DNA from: Candidatus Babeliales bacterium
Lineage (GTDB): Bacteria; Babelota; Babeliae; Babelales; JBFXEV01
Assembly (NCBI GenBank): GCA_050179755.1
Contig: JBFXEV010000001.1
Coordinates: forward strand, 553,994-617,993
DNA length: 64,000 nt
Direction: 5' to 3'
A program made the translations under genes and the position numbers. The notes beneath the pieces are model-generated. The model searched no databases and was not told the DNA's origin. It saw nothing but the letters and a program-made list of their open reading frames with translations. The first letter of the stretch is position 1, and each line of letters starts with the position of its first letter. Positions 30,369 through 40,441 of this stretch are shown here, one piece after another.

Positions 30369-30582
30369 ATTATTTTCTTGAATCGTCTTTAGACCACAAA
30401 TTGGCATGCGTTTGGCTATTTAAGCAGATTGTTTTCTTAATTTTTGTCGTGCTTGTGCTTCATTTTTTAGGTATCTTGCTTTCATGTTCATAGGTTAACA
30501 TATGCCATTGCTATAGGCTTGTGTGATAAAAAAGTACAAATGCCGAGTACGATTATTTTAATATTCATAAGAATGCTATAGG

Positions 30583-30967
30583 TTATTTCTCTAATAAGTC
30601 TTTAATTTGTTGAAATTCTTTTTGCTTTTCTTGCAACGTGCTTTCTACTTCAGCTGCTAAAACAGATAAACCATCTTGCTTTTCTCATAAATCAGCTTCA
30701 ACTATTGCTCCAGAAATTTTTACTTCATCGCGCTTGGTGCGTAGCACTGCATCAAAACCTTCTCTTGTTTTGTTTATTGCATCGCGTTTTCTTCGTACTT
30801 CGCGAACGAGTGTAAAATTTATTATAATTTGCATATGAGCTTGATACTCAAGTTCCTCATCAAGGCTAGATTCGCAGTTTGCATTTGGGTTATTGTCCAT
30901 AGCGCTTATTGGGTAAGCTGTAGCGACTAGGAGGCCAAAAAGACATAACAAAAATTAATTTTTGCAT
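30583..30967 (-). pseudogene. Disrupted secreted coiled-coil protein gene (frameshift plus internal TGA)
   Basis: ATG at 30967 is out of frame by one T in a T5 run; in-frame TGA at 30685-30687 is followed by EKQDGLSVLAAEVESTLQEKQKEFQQIKDLLEK*. Confidence 0.65.
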
Positions 30968-31084
30968 TGAAGATCCTTTAGATGAAAATTTTTTGAATAT
31001 TTTCAATATGCCATACATTAATTATTTTTACAATGAAAACATTGTATTAAAGGGATTTAAAAAGGGGTCAATTATTTTCTTGGT

Positions 31085-31567
31085 TTATTTTTCGGGATTT
31101 GTAGCTTTTCTACGCGCGTGCTCTCTGTCAAGGGCCTCTTCAATAAGAGTTAATAGCTCTTCCCTATATTTTTTTTCTTCTGATGGTCCACAATATGGAG
31201 GACAATCTTTAAAAGTTTCCATTTCTTCATCAACACAAATTTGTGCCAAGTTCATGAGTTCTGCTTTTCTGTTTTGCCATCTTTCTTCAATAGTTGCTTT
31301 ATCGCAAATTTGTGCTAAGTCCATGAGTTGTGCATTTTTGCTTTGCCATTTTTCATCAATAGCTGATTCTGCAGTTGCGCTCATAGTTGCATGCGAGGTT
31401 GCGCCAGATGCTCTATCTGATTTTGCAGTACGATTCATGATTCGCAGAGAACGCCTTAGCGTTTTAGCTTTTTTTATTGCTCTAGTAGGGTTTGCATCCA
31501 TAGCATTCACTAGGCTGGTTAAGCTGATTAAAGAACTTAAAATGAATAAGCAAATTATATTTTGCAT
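31085..31567 (-). CDS. Secreted hypothetical protein with a 23-aa tandem repeat
   Basis: IDEKWQSKNAQLMDLAQIC / IEERWQNRKAELMNLAQIC; signal peptide ending VNA-MD. Confidence 0.75.
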   Translation of the reverse strand: MQNIICLFILSSLISLTSLVNAMDANPTRAIKKAKTLRRSLRIMNRTAKSDRASGATSHATMSATAESAIDEKWQSKNAQLMDLAQICDKATIEERWQNRKAELMNLAQICVDEEMETFKDCPPYCGPSEEKKYREELLTLIEEALDREHARRKATNPEK

Positions 31568-31730
31568 AGTATACCCGCTACATGAGAAAAATATTAATAT
31601 TTTCAATATGCCAAAGATTGTTCATTTTTGCAATGAAAGCCCTATGGTATGGTAAGAGGCTTAAAAAAAAAGCACACCCTATAAAATCATGCAAAGAAGT
31701 CTTAAGGATGTGCTTTATGTGATTAACAAC

Positions 31731-33128
31731 TTAATAATCGCCGCCGCTTCTGCTGCCGCCATCACGGCCGCCACCATCGCGATCACGATCGCTTCTATCG
31801 CTTCGTTCACTGCGGCTGCTATCACCAGTATTAGGTCCACCGCCAACAGTGCCAGATGTTGCTGCAGCGCCAACTTTCTTTTGTATTGAATCTAAGAATT
31901 CTTGGTTGTTTTTAGTTTTCTTCATTTTATCAATTAAGAATTCCATGCCTTCAATAATATTCATAGTGCTCAAGAATTTACGTAGCACCCATGCTTTTTT
32001 AAGGTCTTCTTCAGAAAGCAATAATTCTTCTTTACGTGTACCAGAAAGCAAGATATCAAATGCTGGGAATATTCTGCGGTTTGATAATTTACGGTTTAAG
32101 TGCATTTCCATGTTACCGGTACCCTTAAACTCTTCGTAAATTACTTCATCCATACGAGAGCCGGTATCCACAAGCGCTGTTGCAAGAATAGTGAGTGATC
32201 CCGCTTCTTCGGTGTTACGAGCAGCACCAAAGAATCGTTTTGGTCTGTGTAATGCATGTGAGTCAATACCACCGGTTAAGATTTTGCCAGACGCTGGCGC
32301 ATTGGTGTTATAAGCACGCGCCAAACGTGTGATGTTATCAAGAAGAATTACCACGTCTTTGCCTGTTTCTACCATGCGGCGTGCTTTCTCAAGCACAATT
32401 TCTGCAACTTGCACGTGGCGGTCGGCTGATTCATCAAACGTTGAGGCAATAGTTTCTACATTTTTGCCTTTAACGGTGCGTCTGATATCTGCAACTTCTT
32501 CTGGGCGTTCATCAATCAAGAGAATAATCAAATATACGTCAGGATTGTTTGCAATTAAACTGAGTGCGATTTCTTTAAGAAGCACTGTTTTACCAGCTTT
32601 AGGAGGAGCTACAATAAGTCCGCGTTGGCCTTTACCAATAGGCGAGAAGATATCCATTAAACGCGTTGAAATAAAATTTGGATTAGCTTCTAATTTGAGC
32701 GGTTCTTGTGGGTAAAGTGGTGTAAGCCGTTCAAATAAGTTACGATCGGCAAGTTCTGTAGGATTTACACCGTTTACTTCAGTAATTTTTAAGAGAGCAA
32801 AATATTTTTCATTTTCTTTCGGTTTGCGAATAGTACCAAGTACGGTGTCACCCGTGCGTAAACCAAATCGGCGTATTTGTGAGGGTGAAACATAAACGTC
32901 TTCAGGGCTTGCAATATAATCGTAGCCTGCGCTGCGTAAAAAGCCAAAACCATCGGGCAATCGTTCAAGAACGCCTTGCACTTCAATTTCTTTATCTGGA
33001 TGTTTTTCCAAATCTTCAATTTGAATGATTAAATCTTTTTTGGTTAAGAGACTTCCTCCTACAACGCCAACAGTACGCGAGTATTGTTGCAGTTCAAGTA
33101 AGGACATCTCTTCAAGTTTTCTTTTCAT
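31731..33128 (-). CDS. rho: Transcription termination factor Rho
   Basis: [44 protein letters not shown]. Confidence 0.98.
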   Translation of the reverse strand: MKRKLEEMSLLELQQYSRTVGVVGGSLLTKKDLIIQIEDLEKHPDKEIEVQGVLERLPDGFGFLRSAGYDYIASPEDVYVSPSQIRRFGLRTGDTVLGTIRKPKENEKYFALLKITEVNGVNPTELADRNLFERLTPLYPQEPLKLEANPNFISTRLMDIFSPIGKGQRGLIVAPPKAGKTVLLKEIALSLIANNPDVYLIILLIDERPEEVADIRRTVKGKNVETIASTFDESADRHVQVAEIVLEKARRMVETGKDVVILLDNITRLARAYNTNAPASGKILTGGIDSHALHRPKRFFGAARNTEEAGSLTILATALVDTGSRMDEVIYEEFKGTGNMEMHLNRKLSNRRIFPAFDILLSGTRKEELLLSEEDLKKAWVLRKFLSTMNIIEGMEFLIDKMKKTKNNQEFLDSIQKKVGAAATSGTVGGGPNTGDSSRSERSDRSDRDRDGGGRDGGSRSGGDY

Positions 33129-33344
33129 TATAGAAAGAACCTCATGAAAGTTAAGAGAATGTTAGAAAGATATTATTATTCTATTTGCTTTCTTGTTTAA
33201 GCCTAAGCTAGATCAGAATGCAAACTCAATAGATGTTTTAAAATTGGGTACGAAATTTGCTTGGGGTCCAATGCTCTATGTTTAGTGATAGAGCATTGGA
33301 TTATATAACTTAAAATAATAGAATTGATCTTGAAAAGAGGCGGG

Positions 33345-34292
33345 TTATACCGTTTTCTGGCTATAACGTTGCTGCGGTGCAGAAGACGTTTGTGTTTGCC
33401 CACTCTTTTTGTTCAGTAAAATCATGATGGGGCTTGCAATGTAGATTGAGGAATACGTACCAAAAATGATTCCTACCAACAATGCAATAGATAAATCGCT
33501 GAGCGATTCACCACCAAATAAGATTAATGAAACTACGACCAATGCTGTGGAAAGACTTGTTAAAATTGTACGCGTGAGCGTTTGGTTTAAACTAGCATCA
33601 ACAACAGCTTCTATAGGCTTTCCTGGATTTGCTTTAACATTATCACGAATACGAGAGAAAATAACAATCGTATCGTTAATTGAATAACCCAGAATAAGCA
33701 AGATTGCGCCAATTACGTTAACAGAAATTTCTTTATCAAGGAGTAAAAAGCATACTAAAATTACCATGGCATCATGGAACAAGGCAACAATTGCACCCAC
33801 GCCATAACTGACAGACCAGAATCGCCATGCAATATATGCAAGCATAATAAGCAAGGCAAGGAGTAGTACCTTAATTGATTTCCAACGCAAGTCTTCACTT
33901 GTTCCTGCGCCAACGCTATCTGTTTGTAAAATCGAGATTTTATTTTGTGGTTCAGCAGCTTGAATTGCTGCACGCATACGCTCTGCAGTGCCAGTAACGT
34001 CACCTGCATGCTCTTTAATACGCACCATTGTTTCTTGCTTACTAAATTCTCGTAAAACTGCTCCAGACCATCCTGCTTTATCAAGAATTCCTTTAAGCTG
34101 TTCGCTATTTATCGGTTGATCAAATTTAAATAAAATTTGAGTGCCACCAGTAAAATCCACACTATAGGTAAACGCATAGCCACGCGTTTGCATTCTATAG
34201 ACGTAGACGCCTATAAAAGTAGCAAAAATTGCTACAGAGAATAACAGGCAAATAGTGCGATAACGCAAAAAGTTAAAAGAATACGTTGTCAT
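33345..34292 (-). CDS. secF: Protein translocase subunit SecF
   Basis: VDFTGG, ALFHD, GYSINDTIVIFSRIR, RTILTS, GTYSSIYIASP. Confidence 0.96.
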   Translation of the reverse strand: MTTYSFNFLRYRTICLLFSVAIFATFIGVYVYRMQTRGYAFTYSVDFTGGTQILFKFDQPINSEQLKGILDKAGWSGAVLREFSKQETMVRIKEHAGDVTGTAERMRAAIQAAEPQNKISILQTDSVGAGTSEDLRWKSIKVLLLALLIMLAYIAWRFWSVSYGVGAIVALFHDAMVILVCFLLLDKEISVNVIGAILLILGYSINDTIVIFSRIRDNVKANPGKPIEAVVDASLNQTLTRTILTSLSTALVVVSLILFGGESLSDLSIALLVGIIFGTYSSIYIASPIMILLNKKSGQTQTSSAPQQRYSQKTV

Positions 34293-34398
34293 GGCCTCTC
34301 CAGAGATATAACTATGTTCATAGAAATAAGTTAAATAAATGCCCTAGTGGCAGATTCCCTAAGAATAAGGGAAGCCTTAAGGCAAAACAATACTTTTT

Positions 34399-34653
34399 TT
34401 AATCAGCAAGTACAGAAACGTACTTACGGCCTTTGTGGCCAAAGTGGAATTTAATAGAACCAGCGTCGGTTGCATAGATAGTGTGATCTTTGCCCATGCC
34501 AACACCGCTTCCTGGGTGGAACTTAGTTCCGCGTTGACGAATAATAATTTCGCCGCCTGAAACAAGCTGCCCATCAAATAATTTTACGCCAAGTCTTCGG
34601 CCAATACTGTCTCGGCCGTTCTGGGTGGAACCACCCGATTTACTGGTTGCCAT
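34399..34653 (-). CDS. rpmA: 50S ribosomal protein L27
   Basis: [34 protein letters not shown]. Confidence 0.97.
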   Translation of the reverse strand: MATSKSGGSTQNGRDSIGRRLGVKLFDGQLVSGGEIIIRQRGTKFHPGSGVGMGKDHTIYATDAGSIKFHFGHKGRKYVSVLAD

Positions 34654-34733
34654 CTCATATTCCCTTATGCAAACATGTAATTGGATATTTTTATAGAGTG
34701 ATAACACGTGTGAATCACGCTTTATATATCCCA

Positions 34734-34762
34734 AGTATTCCACAGCTATGCTTTGATGTCAA
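34734..34762 (-). promoter_or_regulatory. Sigma70-like promoter upstream of rpmA
   Basis: TTGACA-17 nt-AATACT. Confidence 0.5.
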
Positions 34763-34777
34763 GTCTTCAACCCCGCT

Positions 34778-34862
34778 TGCTACTGCGCCAAGGCTCCGGC
34801 GCACAGGCACCCTAATTTTGTAATTCCCTTACATCCCGATCCAGCGTAAGCGAGTTGAGGGG
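34778..34862. repeat. Two REP-like GC-rich elements between thyX and rpmA
   Basis: CTGCGC-CAAGGCT-CCGGCG resembles the tmRNA-adjacent element; CATCCCGATCCAGCGTAAGCGAGTTGAGGGG resembles the 14851 element. Confidence 0.5.
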
Positions 34863-35603
34863 TCACTCTGCCTTTTCATGCGGTGTAGAATGCGCCGCCC
34901 ATGCCTTAAGCGCCATTGGAAAGTGAGGCTGTGCAAGCTGGTACATGCCTTGGGCATAGGCACGGATTTCATGCTGAGCGCCTGGGTCAAGGCGAAGAGT
35001 CAAAAAGTGCATGAGGGAGTGCAAGTTGCAGGTGAAAATAAACTCGGTATACACGCATACGGGCAAAACGCCACGGGCAAGCTCACGGCATACGCCCTGC
35101 TCCAGCATAAGCACATAAGCCTCGGTGGCTACCTTAATAGAGTTAATATACTGTTGTTTTAAGTGCTCATCTTCATAAGCGGCGCCTGAGGCTTGTTTAT
35201 TTATTTTATCCTGCGTACGCCATTTTGCAGGGATATAGAATTCTAGCTTGGCTTTGGCATAGCGGTAGCTAATTTCATTATACGAGTTCATGCGGTGGCG
35301 CATCCATTGGCGAGCCACATACATAGGGCATTTTACTCTGAATGAGAGCTGGTTATGCTCAAAGGGGCTTGTGTGCTTATATTGCATTAAAAAGTTGATA
35401 AGTTTTTCATCGCGCTCGGTAACCTCAGTGGATATTTTGCCGTATGAAACACGTGCTGCGTTTACAATATCAAGGTCGCTGCCAGAAACGCGTATAAGCT
35501 CCACGCTACTAATGCCATCACCCAGTGGGTCTATTTTATTTTCATGCTCTTCACGTTCATCGGCATGCAGATTAATTTTTTCTAATAATTGGTCTAAATG
35601 CAT
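34863..35603 (-). CDS. thyX: FAD-dependent thymidylate synthase
   Basis: AARVSY, HTSPFEH, RQWMRHR, NEISYRY, RELARGVLP, AQHEIR. Confidence 0.96.
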   Translation of the reverse strand: MHLDQLLEKINLHADEREEHENKIDPLGDGISSVELIRVSGSDLDIVNAARVSYGKISTEVTERDEKLINFLMQYKHTSPFEHNQLSFRVKCPMYVARQWMRHRMNSYNEISYRYAKAKLEFYIPAKWRTQDKINKQASGAAYEDEHLKQQYINSIKVATEAYVLMLEQGVCRELARGVLPVCVYTEFIFTCNLHSLMHFLTLRLDPGAQHEIRAYAQGMYQLAQPHFPMALKAWAAHSTPHEKAE

Positions 35604-35750
35604 GGGTACTCCGTTATCGGGCCATTCTCTTTGTCTGTCCCGAAGTAAAGGTGTTACTGTTATTATCAGTTATTTAATTTAAGATACTGTTTTGAGAAAG
35701 AAGTGTAAAATCAGAGAAAGAAGAGGTCTTCACGTTTAATAGGGGATTTT

Positions 35751-37097
35751 ATGAAAAACGTTTTCACGAGCGCATTAACCGTTTTATGTTGTATTAACAT
35801 TTCTTTAGCGTATGCATATGAAATTAAATTTAAATTACTCCAAGATGCTGATCTTCCATTGATATACAATTGGTTGCATCAACCGTTTGTAAAAAAATGG
35901 TTTTCTCGTGAAGCATTGCCCTGGCAAGAATTCTTAACGTTTAGAGAACAAATTAAAAGTTATCTTGGCACGGGCCATGAATATCTGGCATGCCATAATG
36001 ATCACCCTTTTGGGTATATTCGTTTATATGATGCACATTTATGGCTTGATGGATTGGGCAACGCAGATCCTGAAGGCACGTATGGTATTGATTTATATAT
36101 TGGTGACGCAGGCTATCTTGGCAAAGGATTTGGCAGTGCAATGTTATCTCAATTTATAACCAAAAGTATCAAAGATCAGGTAGAACTTGGTAAGCCTATA
36201 ACGCAAATCATTGTCGATCCTGATAGTGCAAATGTAACAGCAATCAAAACGTATCAACGCCTTGGCTTTACTATAGATTATCAACTTGATGATCCTTTTT
36301 GGGGCAATCAACTTATAATGGTGCTTGATCCCGATCTTTTTGAGTTTCTTAATGACATGCATGGTTTCTATGAGGAAGATATTGTAAAAAATAAATCGCT
36401 AGAACAATTAGATACGTATCTTGATAACTTATTTGATAAAGTTTTGCAGCGCTTGGCATGTATTGGTATCTCGTATCACGATTGTGAGAACTTTTTGGTG
36501 CAATATGGCACTATTTTAAAGAGTCAAATAGAGAGCAAGTATGCTGCTCATGCACAAGGTTTGCCGCTTTTATCGCAAGAAACACTCTGTCTAGTGCACC
36601 AAGTTTTGCTTGATTTTGAAATTGACTCGCGTGATATTGTGCTTATTGCCTATACTGGCAAAGGTTCTCCTGTGGCAGCAGATGATTATACGTTATATAT
36701 CGATGAAAAAGAATTAAGTTGTTATACGCCTGAGGCACAACGTTTTGCTATAGCACACGAACTTATGCATTTTTTACATAAAGATAATAGTTTTGAAAGT
36801 GCCTTAGAAAATTTAATGGGTGAACAAAAATCAAAAGCACAACGTAATGCATTTTATACTTTTGCGCACGCAAATGAATTATGCGCAGATATTGATGCTA
36901 TGCTTAAAAATCAGGTGTACGCAACAAGTGGTGTAGCATTTTTAGAGCAATTAAAAGAACGCTTTGGCAGCGGCGCAAGCTTTACACATCCTAGCGCTGA
37001 CTTACGCCTGAATATTGCACAGCAGATCCAGTATTTACATGAACAGCTGTTAAAGCCAAACCCATCTGCCAGTCAAGCTATTCAGTTAGTTTTTTAG
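35751..37097 (+). CDS. Secreted fusion of a GNAT acetyltransferase (AAC(6')-like) and an M48-like HExxH metallopeptidase
   Basis: GIDLYIG...LGKGFG, DPD..N..AIK.Y..LGF; then AIAHELMH, ELCAD, THPS...R. Confidence 0.75.
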   Translation: MKNVFTSALTVLCCINISLAYAYEIKFKLLQDADLPLIYNWLHQPFVKKWFSREALPWQEFLTFREQIKSYLGTGHEYLACHNDHPFGYIRLYDAHLWLDGLGNADPEGTYGIDLYIGDAGYLGKGFGSAMLSQFITKSIKDQVELGKPITQIIVDPDSANVTAIKTYQRLGFTIDYQLDDPFWGNQLIMVLDPDLFEFLNDMHGFYEEDIVKNKSLEQLDTYLDNLFDKVLQRLACIGISYHDCENFLVQYGTILKSQIESKYAAHAQGLPLLSQETLCLVHQVLLDFEIDSRDIVLIAYTGKGSPVAADDYTLYIDEKELSCYTPEAQRFAIAHELMHFLHKDNSFESALENLMGEQKSKAQRNAFYTFAHANELCADIDAMLKNQVYATSGVAFLEQLKERFGSGASFTHPSADLRLNIAQQIQYLHEQLLKPNPSASQAIQLVF

Positions 37098-37200
37098 TGT
37101 AAAACTATTGAAAAATAGCCTCTAAATATGCTAGTATAGAAGTAGGCAGGTTTAGGTTTTAAACTTGTAGATTTGATTTGATTTACAAAAGGAGAAAATC

Positions 37201-37530
37201 ATGAAAAATATTATATTATCAATAGCTGCGTTATTATTTGTAGCGAATGCGTGTGCAGGTGACCTTTATGTTGGTCAATCAGTAACACGTGAACAGCAAT
37301 TACCTACTGAATTTCAAACTGAACAACGAATTGAAACGCAAGTAGCGCCTACAACAGCGCAACAACCGCAAACAGTAAGCACAACAGTTGCTCGCCAAGC
37401 GTATGTGCGCCCAACACAACAACATGATTTGCTAAAAGGCGAACAAGGTTTTGATGCTCAAGTGACTCGTGAAGTTGAAGTACAAAAAACAACGTTGCCA
37501 GTCCAACGTAGAACTGCTTTTTTTCAATAA
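37201..37530 (+). CDS. Small secreted Q/T-rich hypothetical protein
   Basis: AAGGAG RBS, signal peptide. Confidence 0.75.
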   Translation: MKNIILSIAALLFVANACAGDLYVGQSVTREQQLPTEFQTEQRIETQVAPTTAQQPQTVSTTVARQAYVRPTQQHDLLKGEQGFDAQVTREVEVQKTTLPVQRRTAFFQ

Positions 37531-37551
37531 ATAAAAAGTAAGAATTGTTAT

Positions 37552-37586
37552 AAAAAATGGAGGTACTTACAAAGGCCTCCATTTTT
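37552..37586. terminator. Bidirectional intrinsic terminator
   Basis: AAAAAATGGAGG-loop-CCTCCATTTTTT between convergent genes. Confidence 0.75.
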
Positions 37587-40441
37587 TATTTGGTGACTTC
37601 TTTCCAATCTTTTCCAGTACTTGTAGTCACTACAAGCGGCACATTCCAAGAGACTACGTTTTCCAATGTTTCACGGATTATTTTTTCTGTTTTTTGCGCT
37701 TGATCTTCTCGCACAGAAATTAATAGTTCGTCATGAATTTGCAAAATCATGTTTGCGTCTAGCTTATGCTCTTTAAAAGCCCGTTCAAGATTGATCATGC
37801 CGATTTTCATCAGTTCGGCTGCCGTGCCTTGTGCAACCGTGTTAATGGCTATGCGCGTAGCTTGTTCATAGAGTGATTTATTTTTTTCATGAATGCCTGA
37901 TACATAGCGGCGTCTGCCAAAGTGCGTGGTAACATACCCTTTTGCTTTTGTTTCTTCAATTATTTTATCCATCCATGCACTCACGCCAGGATATTGAGCA
38001 AAATACTTTTCTATATATATTTTTGCATCTTTAAATGGGATCTTAAGATCTTGAGAAAGTCCAAAAGGTGTTAGGCCATACAGGATACTAAAGTTAATAC
38101 GTTTGCCTATTTGACGTTGCTCGCTCGTTACTTTATCGCTCGTGGTATCAAATAAATTTGCAGCAGTTTTTTTGTGAATATCTTCATCATGCAAAAACGC
38201 ATCAAGTAAACTTTTATCTTGTGATAGATACGCAAGCACGCGCAATTCAATTTGTGAGTAATCGGCTGCAATAAATACGTGCCCAGGTTCTGGTTTGAAC
38301 GCCGAGCGCACTGAGTTTCCTTTGTATTCAAATGAATTTGTTGGCACGTTTTGCAAGTTAGGTTCTTGGCTTGAAAGTCTGCCAGTTGCCACAAGTGTTT
38401 GGCGGAACGTGGTGTGTATTTTGCCCGTTTCGGGATTTACATAAGAAGGCAAAGCTTCAATGTACGTGCTTTTGAGCTTAAATAATTCACGGTGCCGTAA
38501 GATGAGCGCTGGCACCGGGTGTAAATGTGCAAGGGCTTCTAGCACTTCTTGATCAGTTGAATAGCCAGTTTTTTTATCAGTTTGCTTTTGCGGAGGCAAT
38601 CGTAAATGTTCAAACAAGAGTATTGCAAGCTGACGCGGCGAGTTTAAATTAATGTCTTTATGCAAGGGGCCTACCAACGCATTAATTTTTTCTTTAATGA
38701 TTGTAAGCTCTTCATCAATTTTAACGTTTAGAGTTTTTAAAATCTCTGTATCAAGATTAATGCCACGGTACTCCATGTAGGTCAAAATATCAACGAGTGG
38801 AAACTCAATATCTTGGTAGAGTTTTGCCATATCTTGTTTAACGAGCGCGTCTACAAGAATAGGATATAATTGCCATGTTTGGTGCGCATCGCTGGCTGCA
38901 TATTCGGTGGCAAGTTCAAGAGGCACTTGTGCAAAGGTCTTAAAGCCGTTATTGATCACTGCTTCTTGAAAGCTAATCATAGGTTCGTTCAAAAAATATT
39001 CTGAAAGGTATTTAAGGCCATTGCGTTGCCAATCTTCTGTCACCAAGTGCGCTGCTAACAATGTGTCAAACACGAGCCCTTGCGGCATAATGCCGTAGTG
39101 CATAAAGGCGTGTTCGTCAAACTTGGCGTGATGCATGATTTTTTTAATGCTTGGATCTTCTAATATTTTTTTGAATGCAGCAAGCACCACGTCACGCGAG
39201 AGCTGGCGTTCGCCAGTGGTGTGCGCAAAGGGAATATAATAGGCAACTCCTTTTACGGTACATGCAGAAATACCCACCAAATGATTATAGAGCGGGTTTA
39301 GGCCAGTAAGTTCTGTATCAATAGCAACCAGTTTTTTTGTGTTAATTTCATGCACAAGCGCATCAAGCTTTTCTTGCGTATCAATCGTAATAAATTTGTA
39401 TCCCTTTGACTTGGAAAGCCATTCTTCTTTTCGCTCAGTCACCCCGGTAAGGCCTGCAATTTCTTTGACTAGCGAGGCAAATTCAAGTTTTTCAAACAAG
39501 GGGCGCGCTTTTGGCCAATACGTTGCATTAAATGCTAAATTTTCAAGTGTAACGCCGGTATCATATTCACGGAGTAAAAACAAATCACGGCTTAAGAATG
39601 CATTCTCTTTGTTTTCAATAAGAGCATTGCGTGTGCGATTTTTTTCAATTTTATCCAAATTTGCATAGGCATCTTCAAGTGAATCAAATTGTTGCGCAAG
39701 CTCGGTGGCTCCTTTTTCTCCAATACCTTTAACACCAGGAATATTATCTGAAGTATCGCCAAGTAATGCAAAATAAAACGGTAGTTTATGTAAGGCAAAT
39801 CCAAACCGTTCTTCCATTGCTTGGCGGTCATAAAATTTATCTTTAAATGAATCGTAGAGTACCACCTTGTCGCTAATGCATTGGCCCATATCTTTATCGG
39901 CAGTTACTAAAACAACTTGAAATCCTTGTTTTTCATACTCCCGTGCAAGTGAGCACATAAGATCATCTGCTTCTATACCAGGCGTTGCAATTTGATGGAG
40001 ACCAATAAGATCTGCAAATTCAATAATATGTTCTTTTTGGGTAAATAGATCGCTTGGTGGTGCTTGGCGTGTTGCTTTATAGTCCGGGAATATTTCATGG
40101 CGTACCGTTTTGCCTTTGCTATCCCATACCAGGCTCATGTACTGCGGCTGAAATTGCTTCATTAATTTTTGGATCATGCGGCAGAATGAATATACTGCTT
40201 GCACCGGCTCGCCGTGGATAGTATGGAGTGGGCGCATGCCATAGTAAGCGCGGTATAAATATGAGGAGCCATCGATTAAGAATATGGTTTTTTTAGGATC
40301 AAATTTCATGCCGTGTGTCTCGGGTAATTCGATTGAATCGCATAATGCGTCGGTATAAGTATTGTTAATAGGATACCCGCTATTCAGGGCAAAGACAAAT
40401 AAGGCAAGTAATAATGCTGCGAGTTTTTTTAAAATAATCAT
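37586..40441 (-). CDS. polA: DNA polymerase I (alternative start at 40309)
   Basis: IDGSSYLYRAYY, EADD, GDTSDNIPGV, DTE exo motif, TGRLSS.EPNLQN, ADYSQIELR, LQIHDEL. Confidence 0.97.
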   Translation of the reverse strand: MIILKKLAALLLALFVFALNSGYPINNTYTDALCDSIELPETHGMKFDPKKTIFLIDGSSYLYRAYYGMRPLHTIHGEPVQAVYSFCRMIQKLMKQFQPQYMSLVWDSKGKTVRHEIFPDYKATRQAPPSDLFTQKEHIIEFADLIGLHQIATPGIEADDLMCSLAREYEKQGFQVVLVTADKDMGQCISDKVVLYDSFKDKFYDRQAMEERFGFALHKLPFYFALLGDTSDNIPGVKGIGEKGATELAQQFDSLEDAYANLDKIEKNRTRNALIENKENAFLSRDLFLLREYDTGVTLENLAFNATYWPKARPLFEKLEFASLVKEIAGLTGVTERKEEWLSKSKGYKFITIDTQEKLDALVHEINTKKLVAIDTELTGLNPLYNHLVGISACTVKGVAYYIPFAHTTGERQLSRDVVLAAFKKILEDPSIKKIMHHAKFDEHAFMHYGIMPQGLVFDTLLAAHLVTEDWQRNGLKYLSEYFLNEPMISFQEAVINNGFKTFAQVPLELATEYAASDAHQTWQLYPILVDALVKQDMAKLYQDIEFPLVDILTYMEYRGINLDTEILKTLNVKIDEELTIIKEKINALVGPLHKDINLNSPRQLAILLFEHLRLPPQKQTDKKTGYSTDQEVLEALAHLHPVPALILRHRELFKLKSTYIEALPSYVNPETGKIHTTFRQTLVATGRLSSQEPNLQNVPTNSFEYKGNSVRSAFKPEPGHVFIAADYSQIELRVLAYLSQDKSLLDAFLHDEDIHKKTAANLFDTTSDKVTSEQRQIGKRINFSILYGLTPFGLSQDLKIPFKDAKIYIEKYFAQYPGVSAWMDKIIEETKAKGYVTTHFGRRRYVSGIHEKNKSLYEQATRIAINTVAQGTAAELMKIGMINLERAFKEHKLDANMILQIHDELLISVREDQAQKTEKIIRETLENVVSWNVPLVVTTSTGKDWKEVTK

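Noticed and set aside
30685..30687. In-frame TGA as evidence of stop-codon recoding or selenocysteine
   Set aside because: TGA ends intact genes elsewhere (thyX, 40438, 43149) and this gene also has a frameshift; pseudogenisation is simpler
31230..31365. 69-bp tandem repeat as a CRISPR-like array
   Set aside because: Only two degenerate in-frame coding units, with no spacers or cas genes
31643..31656. TATGGTATGGTAAG, a 14-bp match to the toxin-flanking repeat
   Set aside because: Short, opposite orientation and no associated cassette; may be a promoter-like or chance match
34654..34743. N-terminal extension on L27 in the ORF track
   Set aside because: Canonical MATSK start with an AAGGGA RBS at 34653, and the extension overlaps a predicted promoter
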